Source: Eledone cirrhosa
Taxonomy: Eukaryota
Length of the DNA: 64,000 nt
Direction of reading: 5' to 3'
Assembly: GCA_964016885.1 (NCBI GenBank)
Contig: OZ024744.1
Location: forward strand, 94,116,001-94,180,000
Shown here: piece after piece, positions 36,421-48,371 of the stretch
Numbering within the stretch: position 1 is the stretch's first letter
How the letters are laid out: each line of letters opens with the position of its first letter
Program-made: the position numbers and the translations under genes
Notes under the pieces: generated by a model
Told to the model about the DNA's origin: nothing
The model's input: only the letters and a program-made list of their open reading frames with translations
Database searches by the model: none

Positions 36421-37254
36421 ATTAACTTATGAGAAAACTCAATATTTATACCCTAATACTGAGAACATGAGAAAACGTAATACAATCAATAGAGAGAGTG
36501 TGAGTAATATATTTTAAGAAATACATGGCATCAATGTAACAGTTATAGAATTTTTAATATTTAAAAAACTACTAGAGAAATATGCGGGAGAGGAAAGCAT
36601 AGAGGAAGACGTAGCTGATGTTATAACTTATTTAGTATTTAACTTGAGAAGACAAATGAAAGATAAATAGAGAGAGAGACAAAGCGGAGTAATTTATGTT
36701 CAAGTTTCTACATACACATATTCATATAGAGTTGGCGGCTAATTTTCAAAATATTTAATTTATGTTATTTCAGGGCAAAGAATCAAATTTTAGGTTTTAA
36801 AAGTTGATGGGTATTTGTATTAATATTATAATATAATTATGTTAAATTTCTAAAATTCAAATTTTATGAAGACAAATTTAGAGGATTTACGAAACCCGCG
36901 AAAGAAAGAAAATATACATATAATGTTCGATATCCCCACAAAGGTAATCTTTACCAAAATTACTTATAATATTGACAACAGTTTCTATAATATAATTTAT
37001 GAGATATTTATAGTTATAATTATTAAAGAATTTATTGTTAAATAGTTAGAGTGCATAAAATATAAACAGGTCTTATAATTAAACTTAAAGAAGTCAGAGT
37101 TTTCAGCTATATATATGTGTGTATTGATCATAATATACCAAGACTATAATTTATTATTTGTTCATATATTGTATTTAAGTAAATGATTATATAAGTTCGA
37201 CCTTCCAGGGAAAACCAAACACTTATAATAATGTCATTTGAGTGTTTAAATTAT

Positions 37255-37675
37255 TTATATAAATGTAACTACGATTATGTTATTACCCTAGATAAAGATA
37301 TTTGTACAAACTATATATAGATATACTAGGTATTAATGAAACGGTATACATTTAATAAAGAATAATGATTTCTTTATTAACCACAAGGGTTTACATAAAG
37401 TAGACATTAAGGACAGTGCAGGAGAATACAGTACGGTACAAATGGACATTTCTGCGTGTAAAATCATTGTTATTAGTTTTATACAAATATAACTACGATT
37501 ATGTTATTACCCTAGATAAAGATATTTGTACAAACTATATATAGATATACTAGGTATTAATGAAACGGTATACATTTAATAAAGAATAACAATTATAATC
37601 TTTGTTAGTAGTTTTATATAAATGTAACTATGATTATGTTATTACACTAGATAAAGATATTTGTACAAACTATAT
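37255..37675. repeat. AT-rich tandem repeat (~120-135 bp unit), resuming at 38733-38845; contains a short Tx1-like 3' end at about 37366-37445 (-)
   Basis: aactacgattatgttattaccctagataaagatatttgtacaaac recurs three times with small changes. Confidence 0.75.
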
Positions 37676-37678
37676 ATA

Positions 37679-38732
37679 TCATCATCATCATCAGGTTTAG
37701 CGTCCGTGTTCCACGCTTGCATGGGTTTGGACGGGGGTTTTCCCACTTGAGGCAAGAGTGGTTGTCTTGCTCGCATAGGACTGTCTGGCGGGTTTTCTAC
37801 AGTTGGATGCCCTTCCTAACACCAACCACATTTACAGTGTGGGGCTGGGAGGTTTTTACCGTGTTGCCTACACGGCCACATTACAGCGTGGACTGTCTGG
37901 CGGGTTTTCTACAGCTGGATGCCCTTCCTAACACCAACCACATTTACAGTGTGGGGCTGGGAGGTTTTTACCGTGTTGCCTTCACGGCCACATTTACAGC
38001 GTGGACTGTGTGTTTTTTGTCGTGACACCTACACGATCTCATTTGTTTCGGCCTGGATGTTGTGGGACCAACATAACTTTACATTGAAAGGGGCGGTGTG
38101 GGTGGGGTGGAGGTGGTGGGACGGGGGTGTGTTTTGATAGAGATGCCTACTGACTGTAGTAGGTTTTTACTTTGTATTTAGGTAAGGCGGGTCTTCTCTA
38201 TTACTGAGTACCGCCAAAGGTCTCGGTCCAGTGACATTGTCTTGGAGAGGTGTAAGCGTGTGAGGTCGGAATTTATCAGCTCGTCCCATGTTTTTCTGGG
38301 TCTGCCTACTCCGTGGCTACCGTCTATCTTTATTGCCCTGCACTTTGTTATACAGCTGTCGTCTTTCATGCGCATCACGTGACCGTACCAACGTAGCCTT
38401 CTCTCGAGTAAACAACATCTGATCCCTCTTATTTCTAATTTTTTCCTTAGTTCGTTTATGCTTTGCCGTTCACGTATATTACTATTGCACATCCAGCGGA
38501 GCATGCAAGCTTCGTTCCTCTCTAGTCTGCGTATATCCTCTGCACACAATGCCCAGGTCTCACTGCCATGCAGCATTGCTGTTCGTATGCAGGCATCGTA
38601 TAACCTGCCTTTCATTTTTAGGGAGAACCCTCTAGCGGCTAATAGTGGTATAAGCTCTCTGAACTTTTTCCATCCAGTTCTGACTCTAGCTACTGTACTT
38701 TCAGAGCACCCTCCCCCACTGCTGATTTTGTC
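37679..38732 (-). mobile_element. 5'-truncated RTE LINE
   Basis: ORF 38178-38615 almost identical to the C-terminus of 40348-43011; TSD tacaaactata. Confidence 0.93.
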
Positions 38733-39156
38733 TACAAACTATAAAGATATTTGTACAAACTATATATACTAGGTATTAATGAAACGGTATACATTTAATA
38801 AAAAATTTAAAAAATAGCGATTATAATCATTGTTAGTAGTTTTACCTCCAATTCAGTGGAGAAATAAACCAATATTTGTCAGCTATTATGGTTTGTTAAA
38901 TATACATAAAAAAGCAAAGTGCAAATTCAACTTTCTGAGCCCCCAAAAACCATCTCAAAATGAGTAAAATATATATATATATATAAAATATGTAAACACA
39001 AAAATATTCTTTGATGTACTCATTGAATCTCGTTTAACTCTTAAATATATATATATATATATATTTAAAGGTTGAACAAGCTTCAATGAATAAATCAAAG
39101 AATGAGTTTTACAATAGATTGGAAGCACTCCACAGTTTGGTTTTCCGGAGTTATTA

Positions 39157-39392
39157 ATATTAATTCAAAATATTAACAAAAATAGACATCCGTGTGATCA
39201 AGTATATTTTATTATACATATTTCAGAGGTACTGAACTATCTTCAACAGTACGTCCTCATCAGATGATGCATCATCTTATTTTATCTGATGAGGACGTAC
39301 TGTTGAAGATAGCTCAGTACCTCTGAAATATGGATAATAAAATATACTTGATCACATGGATGTCTATTTTTGTTAATATTTTGAATTAATAT
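39157..39392. repeat. Palindrome of two inverted pLTR segments with HHRs at 39207-39265 (-, stem I truncated) and 39280-39342 (+)
   Basis: Arms of about 109 bp; ttttat CTGATGA ggacgtactg...cagtacctct GAAA tatgga TA ataaaa. Confidence 0.88.
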
Positions 39393-39398
39393 ATATAT

Positions 39399-40270
39399 AC
39401 GATATTTGTTCGCAATTTTCAACTGCTAATTTTATGCAAATTTTTTTTACTTCTGTTGTCACTGTTGTCTTCATAAAAACAGTGACTATATGTCCATTAT
39501 TTATTTTCAGAATAATTGATTATGAATAATTTTGAACCTCCAAATTTGTGGAAGAGACACAGAGTTCTTCTTGGAATCCGCACCGGGGGGGGGGGGACAA
39601 ATAAGACCAGATGATCAACTCCCAGAACAACAGGTGGCCGCTGTCTCATCCAAAGACGTGCCCAGAGTCATGTAGACAGAGTTTCCAGCGACATTAGTCT
39701 TAGGTGTCGTCAGGAGTCAAGGTGACGTCATGCCACCTCACTACTTCCCTGAGGGCCTCAAGCTGAACACCGATGGCTACATCCGCGTTCTGAGCCAGGT
39801 AGTAAAGCCCTGGATCGACCAGGTAGCTGCAGGTAGGCTGTACATGTGGCAGCAAGACTCAGCGCCCTGCCATACCAGCCGAAAGACCCAAGCCTGGCTG
39901 TCAGAGAACTTTGTCAACCACACTTCACCTGACATCTGGCCTCCCACCTCGCCTGACAGCAACCCCCTCAACTTCTTTGTGTGGGGCACAGTGGAACGAG
40001 ACACCAACAGATCTAGCTGCAATACGAAAGATGATCTGAAGGCCAGGATCACAAGTGCCTTTAGGAGCCTAAGTCGGGGGACAGTGACGAAGGCCTGTAG
40101 CCGCCTTGAGGCCGTCATCAAAGCCAATGGCGGGTTTATCGAGTGAAATCGAAAGAACAAGTCATGACGACAAACTGACCCAAGGTTAATAAATAAATCT
40201 TAAAAAATAAAACTACTGTGTTATTTTTTCCTAGGCAGTAATCTTGCGAACCAATATCGTCCGCACCCTG
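39399..40270 (+). mobile_element. Second copy of the DD37D maT transposon (left TIR clipped)
   Basis: Colinear with 30775-31666; ORF 39730-40146; right TIR ...ccgcaccctg-TA. Confidence 0.9.
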
Positions 40271-40344
40271 TATATATATATATATATATATATTAGGGTA
40301 AACATTGATGCAATTCAATTCAAGCACTCAACGTACTTTTTCCA

Positions 40345-43300
40345 CATATGCTAACTACCTCCCAAATATCCGACAGTGACTATATAATTATCGCAGGCGA
40401 CCTAAATGGTCACGTTGGACAACATTGTGACGGCTACGACGAAATCCATGGAGGCTATGGGTTTGGTACTAGAAATGAGGAAGGCTCCAGAATCCTGGAA
40501 TTCTGTGATGCAAATAACCTAACTATCTGTAACACTAACTTCAAAAAACGTGACAATCACCTGATCACCTATAGATCCGGGGAACACACAAGCCAGGTAG
40601 ATTATATCCTTACCAGAAGACGTGACAGAGTGTCTGTTGTTAACACTAAATCCCTCCCCCATGAAGAATGCACCTCCCAACATAGACTGATAATTAGCGA
40701 CCTCATAGTCAGGACGAGACGTACTCGACAACAGAAGAGGACTATCCTCAGGAGGAAAATATGGAAGCTAAAGGACCCCACAGCCAGGAATAAATTTCAA
40801 AGCATATTACTTGATGCTTTCGACAGTAAGGAAGAACATTTAGAGTCGGACAATATAGAGGGAGAGTGGGAATTTCTGAAAGCAAACCTGCTGTTGGCGA
40901 CAGACGAGGTCTGTGGCTGGAGCAGGCCTGTAGGCAGGAGGAGAGTAACATGGTGGTGGAACAGTAAGGTGGAGGGGTCAATTAAGGCCAAAAAGCAGGC
41001 TTGGAAAGTATGGCGGGATGGGGGAAGTAGAGAGGACTATCAAGTGGCCAGGAGGGAAGCTAGGAGACAAGTGTACTTAGCAAGAAGGGAAGCTGAGGAA
41101 AGAAAGTTCAAGCATGTTCTACAACGCGATGACCAAAAACGTGAGGTGTTCAGGATTGCTAGGCAATGCGTCAAGGAAAACCGTGATATTGTCGGGGAGA
41201 AGTGTGTACTAAACGACGATGGCACACTTGCCATCACCGACGCTGATAAGAAGGTAGCTTGGAAGTGTCACTATGAAAGGCTTCTAAATGAGGAGAATAA
41301 TTGGGAGAAAGGCAGTCTCCCCCATATCGACCCAATAGAGGGACCAGCAGTGTTAGTCGAGGGGAGTATAATAAGTAAGGCAATCAAGGATATGAAGACT
41401 GGTAAGGCGGCTGGGCCTTCGGAAATAGTTGCTGAGATGCTGAAGGCATCTGGCACGGTGGGACACACCATGGTCACCCGCATAGTTAACCAAGTCGTAC
41501 AGAATGGGGTTGTTCCGAAGGACTGGCATAGCAGCATCATCGTTAACTGTTATAAGGGTAAAGGAGACGCCCTAGATAGGAGTAACTATAGAGGCATTAA
41601 ATTAATCGACCAGGTCATGAAGGTCACGGAAAGAGTAATAGCGCAACTAATCAGAGAGAGAATTGACCTAGATGAAATGCAGTTCGGGTTTGTGTCAGGC
41701 AAAAGTACCACAGACGCTCTTTTCATAGTACGACAACTACAGGAGAAGTACCTAGCTAAAGGTAAACCCCTCTACTTAGCTTTTGTCGACTTGGAGAAAG
41801 CCTTCGACAGAGTCCCCCGCTCCATTATCTGGTGGGCTCTTAGAAAACTAGGCGTTGACGAATGGCTTGTGAGGGCTATACAAGCCATGTATAAAGAAAC
41901 AGTCAGCAAGGTTAGAATTAACAACGAATATAGTGAAGAGTTTAGCGTAAAAGTTGGCGTCCATCAGGGCTCTGTTCTCAGTCCACTACTATTTATTATT
42001 GCCCTTCAGGCTATAACAGAGGAGTTCAAGACAGGCTGCCCATGGGAACTCCTATACGCAGACGACCTGACACTCATAGCGGAATCAATGGCCGAGCTAG
42101 AGAAGAAATTCCAAACATGGAAGCACGGCCTAGAGTCAAAAGGACTTAAAATTAACCTGGCTAAGACCAAAGTACTAGTTTGTAGGAAAGAAAACAAGGC
42201 GGCGGTCCCTTCTGGGAAATGGTCGTGCTCGGTGTGTAGGAAAGGCGTAGGTAGAAACTCCATTTTATGTCCTAAATGCAAAGTATGGGTGCATAAAAGA
42301 TGTAGTGGGATCACAGGTAAGCTAACTAAGAACATAGATTTTACATGTGGCCGGTGCTCTGGTGCAATAAGTAGCAGCAAGTGCCCACAAACTACTAGCT
42401 CTTTCAATTGCGCAGAGGGTTCTATAGAAATAGTGGACAGCTTCCGTTACCTGGGCGATAAAATCAGCAGTGGGGGAGGGTGCTCTGAAAGTACTGTAGC
42501 TAGAGTCAGAACTGGTTGGAAAAAGTTCAGAGAGCTTATACCACTATTAGCTGCTAAAGGGTTCTCACTAAAAATGAAAGGCAGGTTGTACGATGCCTGC
42601 ATACGAACAGCAATGTTGCATGGCAGTGAGACCTGGGCATTGTGTGCAGAGGATATACGCAGACTAGAGAGGAACGAAGCTTGCATGCTCCGCTGGATGT
42701 GTAACAGTAATATACGTGAACGGCAAAGCATAAACGAACTAAGGAAAAAATTAGAGATAAGAGGGATCAGATGTTGTTTACTCGAGAGAAGGCTACGTTG
42801 GTATGGACACGTGATGCGCATGAAAGTCGATAGCTGTATAACAAAGTGCAGGGCAATAAAGATAGACGGTAGTCACGGAATAGGCAGACCTAGAAAAACC
42901 TGGGACGAGCTGATAAACTCCGACATCACACACTTACACCTCTCCAAGACAATGTCACTGGACCGAGACCTTTGGCGGTACTCAGTAACAGAGAAGACCC
43001 GCCTTACCTAAATATATAGTAAAACCTACTCCAGCCAGTAGGCATCTCTAACAAAATACACCCCGTCCCACCACCCCCACCCCCACCCGATCCACACCAC
43101 CCCGTTCTATGTAAAGTTATGTTGGTGCCGCGCCTTCGAGGCCGAAACAAATGAGATCGTGTAGGTGTCACGACAAAAAAACACACAGTCCACGCTGTAA
43201 TGTGGCCGTGTAGGCAACACGGTAAAAACCTCCCAGACCCACACTGTAAATGTGGTTGGTGTTAGGAAGGGCATCCAACTGTAGAAAACCTGCCAGACAG

Positions 43301-43412
43301 TCCTATGCGAGCAAGACAATCACTCTTGCCTCAAGTGGGACTACCCCCGTCCAAACCCATGCAAGCGTGGAACACGGACGTTAAACGTTGATGATGATGA
43401 TGATGATGATGA
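40345..43412 (+). mobile_element. Young 5'-truncated RTE LINE
   Basis: Uninterrupted 887-aa ORF, 3' UTR, (GAT)n tail. Confidence 0.95.
40348..43011 (+). CDS. RTE polyprotein: C-terminal half of APE endonuclease, RT with embedded PHD-type finger
   Basis: GDLNGH, QVDY, SQH; WWW; FVDLEKAFD, HQGSVLSP, YADD; RRLRWYGHV, GRPRKTW; N-terminus is missing. Confidence 0.93.
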   Translation: MLTTSQISDSDYIIIAGDLNGHVGQHCDGYDEIHGGYGFGTRNEEGSRILEFCDANNLTICNTNFKKRDNHLITYRSGEHTSQVDYILTRRRDRVSVVNTKSLPHEECTSQHRLIISDLIVRTRRTRQQKRTILRRKIWKLKDPTARNKFQSILLDAFDSKEEHLESDNIEGEWEFLKANLLLATDEVCGWSRPVGRRRVTWWWNSKVEGSIKAKKQAWKVWRDGGSREDYQVARREARRQVYLARREAEERKFKHVLQRDDQKREVFRIARQCVKENRDIVGEKCVLNDDGTLAITDADKKVAWKCHYERLLNEENNWEKGSLPHIDPIEGPAVLVEGSIISKAIKDMKTGKAAGPSEIVAEMLKASGTVGHTMVTRIVNQVVQNGVVPKDWHSSIIVNCYKGKGDALDRSNYRGIKLIDQVMKVTERVIAQLIRERIDLDEMQFGFVSGKSTTDALFIVRQLQEKYLAKGKPLYLAFVDLEKAFDRVPRSIIWWALRKLGVDEWLVRAIQAMYKETVSKVRINNEYSEEFSVKVGVHQGSVLSPLLFIIALQAITEEFKTGCPWELLYADDLTLIAESMAELEKKFQTWKHGLESKGLKINLAKTKVLVCRKENKAAVPSGKWSCSVCRKGVGRNSILCPKCKVWVHKRCSGITGKLTKNIDFTCGRCSGAISSSKCPQTTSSFNCAEGSIEIVDSFRYLGDKISSGGGCSESTVARVRTGWKKFRELIPLLAAKGFSLKMKGRLYDACIRTAMLHGSETWALCAEDIRRLERNEACMLRWMCNSNIRERQSINELRKKLEIRGIRCCLLERRLRWYGHVMRMKVDSCITKCRAIKIDGSHGIGRPRKTWDELINSDITHLHLSKTMSLDRDLWRYSVTEKTRLT

Positions 43413-43429
43413 GTGACGGAGTAAATATC

Positions 43430-43493
43430 GAATAAGGAAAAGCGAAGTAGTTTCAGATGTTCCTGAACATCTGAAACTACTTCGCTTTTCCTT

Positions 43494-43497
<4 letters not shown>
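43430..43497. repeat. Perfect 68-bp hairpin
   Basis: gaataaggaaaagcgaagtagtttcagatgttc-ct-gaacatctgaaactacttcgcttttccttattc. Confidence 0.88.
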
Positions 43498-43522
<25 letters not shown>

Positions 43523-43525
<3 letters not shown>

Positions 43526-44062
43526 AGTATGTATGTATACGTACATACATATATGTATACAGACGTACAGTAGTATGTATATATATACATACATGCACAC
43601 ATATATATATATATGTACGTATGGGTTTACCGAACATTTATTATAATGATCGGTTTGTTTGTTTGTAAACAAACAAACAGACCGAATTACGCCGACGTTC
43701 AATCATCTGGCAGGAAGGTATACAATGCTGACAATAGCTAATAAGCTTGAAACTAGTACATCGTTCCTGTGTCAGTGTTAAAGAAAAAGGCAACGATGGT
43801 TGCCTGAACACTGTACGGCGTAATTCGGGCTGTTTGTCTGTTTACAAACAAACAAACTGAACATTATAATAAATGTTCGGTAAACCCATACGTACATATA
43901 TATATATATATATGTGCATGTATGTATATATATATATACATACTACTGTACGTCTGTATACATATATGTATGTACGTATACATACTTACTTACATTTAAG
44001 TATCAGCCGTACTAAGTACTAAGAGTGAGAAATGAAATTTCGTTTCATTCTTTTCCATTTAT
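43523..44062 (+). mobile_element. Retrozyme-like element, diverged copy with an inverted 5' segment and a mutated HHR (43723-43763)
   Basis: caatg CTGACAA tagct-aata-agctt GAAA ctag TA catcg; 43523-43695 is inverted relative to 43815-43990. Confidence 0.8.
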
Positions 44063-44105
44063 ATATATATATATATATAAATAAATATATATATATATAT
44101 ATATA

Positions 44106-44574
44106 GGCCATAGTATCTAGAAAAAGGACGGGTTGGGCGAAGTTTAGGGAGCTGCTTCCTCTGCTGACGAAGAAGGGTTTCTCCCTGCGTACAAAAGGCC
44201 GGTTATATGATGCCTGTGTGAGGAGCGCGATGCTGCATGGTAGTGAGACATGGGCAGCAACTGCAGAGGATATGCGACAGCTGGAGAGAAATGAGGCAAG
44301 CATGCTCCGTTGGATGTGCAGTGTAAATGTGCGTGAACGACCCAGCATAAATGTGTTGAGAGAGAAACTGTGTGAGAGGGATAGAATGTAGTGTGCGAGA
44401 GAGGAGACTGAGGTGGTATGGACATGTGATGTGTATGGAGGATGACCGATGGGTGAAGAAGTGCCAGGAAATGCCAATTGAAGGAAGACGTGGTAGAGGT
44501 AGACCACGAAAAACATGGGCAGAGGTGGTGAGAACAGACCTCAGATCGCTGAAGCTCATGGTGGAGATGAGGAC
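44106..44574 (+). mobile_element. Fragment of a different RTE family
   Basis: ERRLRWYGHVM...GRGRPRKTW; diverged from the main family. Confidence 0.85.
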
Positions 44575-47500
44575 TCGTTTATAAGAAGACTTAGATGGGG
44601 TGCTTTTCATTTTGATAAAAAATCAGATGGAAAAGAAAATATATCCAATTTCGATAGGATCTTCAAATCCAAGAAAAATCCACCTACCAACAAATTATTA
44701 ATGGAATTTGAAAATGAAATTATTTCAATCATACAAAACATTAAATTTAAGAAAAACCATTTTGAAGGCCAGGATTACCTCAAAGGTCTTAAAAATAATA
44801 TAGAAAATGTTGAAAGAACTGAAAAAATTATTGTTAAATCTGATAAAACCAACAATCTATACGGAATGCAAAAGGATGAGTATAATAATCTTATATTGAA
44901 GGAATTAAGGAAAAATTACAAAAGAGCAACCAATGATGACCTTGAAAGATTAAATAGTGAAGCTTCTAATATAATGCAAAAATTAGGCATCGAAAATAGG
45001 ACTGAACCCTTCATACTTTGAAAACCAAAAATTAATTTGAAAGACCATAAAAGAAATTTTGAAATTGAATTACCAGTTAGACTTATTGCACCATCTAAAT
45101 CAGGCCTTGGCATAGTTAGCAAAAATATCTTAGATAGAATCATACCGCAACTTAAAGAAATATCTTACTTAAAATTGTGGAATGGGACTAACAAAGTTAT
45201 TGACTGGTTTAAGGACATAAAATATAAGCATAACAATAAATTTATTCAATTGGATATTGCTAATTATTACTCATCTATCACTCCTAATTTACTTAATAAA
45301 GCCCTTACATACGCATTTAAATATACTGATTTATCTAGCGATGAAATGCACATCATCTTAACTGCACGTAAAACCTTAATTAAATTTAACAACCATCTTT
45401 GGACTAGAGTAGATAGGGATAACAATTTCGATATTACTATGGGGTCATCGGACTCCGCGCAATTAACGGATCTTGTGGAGCTTTTTATTAACTTTACATA
45501 GAAAAATACCAGAGATGACCGGTGGTTTATATCGTGATGATATGCTATTGCTAATTGAAAATAATAATAATTGTGAAATCAATAGGAAAAGAAAATCAAT
45601 AACACAATTTTTTAATAGCTTTAATCTTAAGGTAGAAGTAGAGAATAATTATAAAATAGTTAATTTTTTAGATGTAACTTTAAACATTAATACTGGTCTA
45701 TATTATCCATTTCATAAAATCAATGAGAATTTAAACTATGTAATTCCAATCACCCGAGATCCATTAAAAACACTATTGTAAATTCCGTACAGCAACATAT
45801 TTCTAGAATTTCAGTGAATAAAAATATATTTGAAGATAAGGCACAATATTATAACAAAGCTTTAAGTAGAGCAGGCTATAATAAGGAAATTAAATACATC
45901 GATAATAAAGATAAGCCAATTAACCATAATTATAATTATAATAAGAAACCTAGCACAAACCCTATAATTAAAAGAAGAAATAGAACTAGAAATGTATTAT
46001 GGTTCGCTCCTCCTTTCTTATTAAGTATTAAAACTCCAATAGCTAAACTATTTTTAAAGCTCTCGATAAATGTTTTCCCAAGACACATAGGTATCACTCA
46101 ATCTTTAACAGACAATTAAACTATCATATTCTACCACTATGAATTTAGCGCAGAATATAAATAGAATTAATAATAGAAACTTAAAACTTAACCAGAATAA
46201 CATTAATACCTCTAGCAATATCCAATATAATGATACTGTTCCCAATAATATAAATTCTGATAAATGTAATTGTAGAAATAAATCTAACTGTCCTTTAAAT
46301 AATAACTGTTTAGTTAAAAATGTGGTATACAACTGAAATGTCAAAACCAATGATAATTCCTATAAACTATGTCGGCTCTACTTTGACAGACTTCAAATCT
46401 CGTTTCAATAACCATAAATGTTGCTTTACGAATATTGGTAAAAAATCTTCAACTTCTCTATCCAATTTATTATGGAACTTAAAATCCAAGAATATAAACT
46501 ATTCTTTATCTTGGAATATTGTCTCCAAAGCACGATCCTACACAGCTTTATCCAAATTTTGCAGCCTATGCATCGAAGAAATATTCTTTATACTAAAATG
46601 TAAGAACTCTATTAATTTGCATAATAATTTATTTAGTTCTTGTAAACATCGTTTAAATTCAACTTTTAGATATATATATAAAATGTAATATATGGTTAAT
46701 CTTCCTTACATAATGATTTCTATATCCAAACACCTATAATCTCATCCCTCAGATTATATCTATATATGATTCAAGAATTTAATATAATTCTAACCTTAAT
46801 AACTTCCTAAATATATAAAATACACTTATTAAATTTTTAATTTACTCCTTAAAACCTTTACTTTCGAATATTTCTACTTCATAAATATACTTTGTATTAT
46901 TACACTTATCAATCACACCTCCAAAAATATATCATAACCTTTTTGTATAACTACTTGAAATTCTGTTGAGAAAGGGTTTAGAAAATTCTAAAAATTTCCT
47001 TTGAAAGACTCTCTGAAGGATTTTGAGAATTTTTTTTTAACTTTTGTTAAAATTTTTTTTCTAAGATACGGAAAAACCATTATTTTCATATCTTCCAATA
47101 TTTTTATATCCAATATTTTAAACATTTTTAATATTTATGTATTTTCATATATTTCCAAATATTTATATATTTGTGGAATAATGTATGGTTTATGTTTTAA
47201 TTATATTTTAAGATGAATTTTTATAACTTTTTATAACTTCTTATAAATTTTTTAAGAGAATTTTATGTATCCTTGGAGTCATTTGAGTTTCTAAAAAATC
47301 CCTTTTAACTTCCTTTAAACTTCCTTATTGTTTTTATAATCTCAATTTTTATAGTCTTAATTTATAGTCTGAATTTTTAAATGGTTTTAGTATATACTTC
47401 TAATTAAGTATTTATTCCTTTATAAACTCCCGTAATTTTTCGTAATCTTTGGAATTATTTAGATGTTTAAGATTGGACTTACAACTATTAATAAATTCTG

Positions 47501-48324
47501 GCAAAATATAATTTTGCCAAACTTACTTTAATTAAATAAACTATGCTAGATTTTTTCCAATGTAAAATACTATACTTTTAAATAATTTATAATCTATAAC
47601 ATAACATACCCATCTAAACCCATATATTATTAATACATCTTAATATATTTTAAATACTTCTTTTTGTAATATATCCTATTTTTAATTAAATTTTTAATTA
47701 AATTTTAACAATATTTTTATTTATTTTTATTTATTCTTAATTTAATTTTTAACTTATCATTATAAATATTATAAACATAGCATAATGAACGTTATATTTA
47801 CGATTTGAGTATTCATCCATGTAAAACTCATTTCTTCGCTCGCTTCACTATCACTATGCATAATCTTGTCTTTCTTCTTCTATTCTTTCTTTCTTCCACT
47901 ATTCTTTCTCTCTCCCTTTCAATATTTTTTCTCTCTCCCTCTCCTTTTCACTACTTTCTTCCAACAGTTTAATTTAAATAAACCGTTGTTTTTTCAATTT
48001 TTCTGACATTCATTTGCATACTCACTCATAACTTTGAATCACCCTCAATAAAATATTATTTCCACTATCCAGCGAACCTCAACCGTTAAGGTTGTCTTTA
48101 TGCCGGTATGTCAATATTTATTTATAAAACAAATTTGTATTTTATCTGATGAAAGCGCACCATAATTTGCCTTCGTTGCCCTTGAAATATATATAATAAA
48201 TAATTATGGTTTTATAAATATAGTTTCCATTTATTAATATATTTACTCCACTTACTGTTGAGTGCTTTATACCAGTTATAAAATGTTTAAGCTTGTTGAA
48301 TCCCAACAAATTAAATATAACCTC

Positions 48325-48327
<3 letters not shown>
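44574..48327 (+). mobile_element. Naiad-type Penelope-like element (frameshifted RT, CxCx5C finger, GIY-YIG, long 3' UTR, pLTR with HHR at 48140-48200)
   Basis: FIRRLRW, KSDKTNNLY, LKDHK, QLDIANYY, MGS, GGLYRDD, NFLDV, WFAPP, CNCRNKSNCPL, VVY...YVG, CSLC. Confidence 0.9.
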
Positions 48328-48364
<37 letters not shown>

Positions 48365-48371
48365 TATATAC

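Noticed and set aside
44515-45021. Apparent RTE-Penelope fusion ORF
   Set aside because: Chance read-through across an insertion junction at about 44574; the RTE part is out of its own frame
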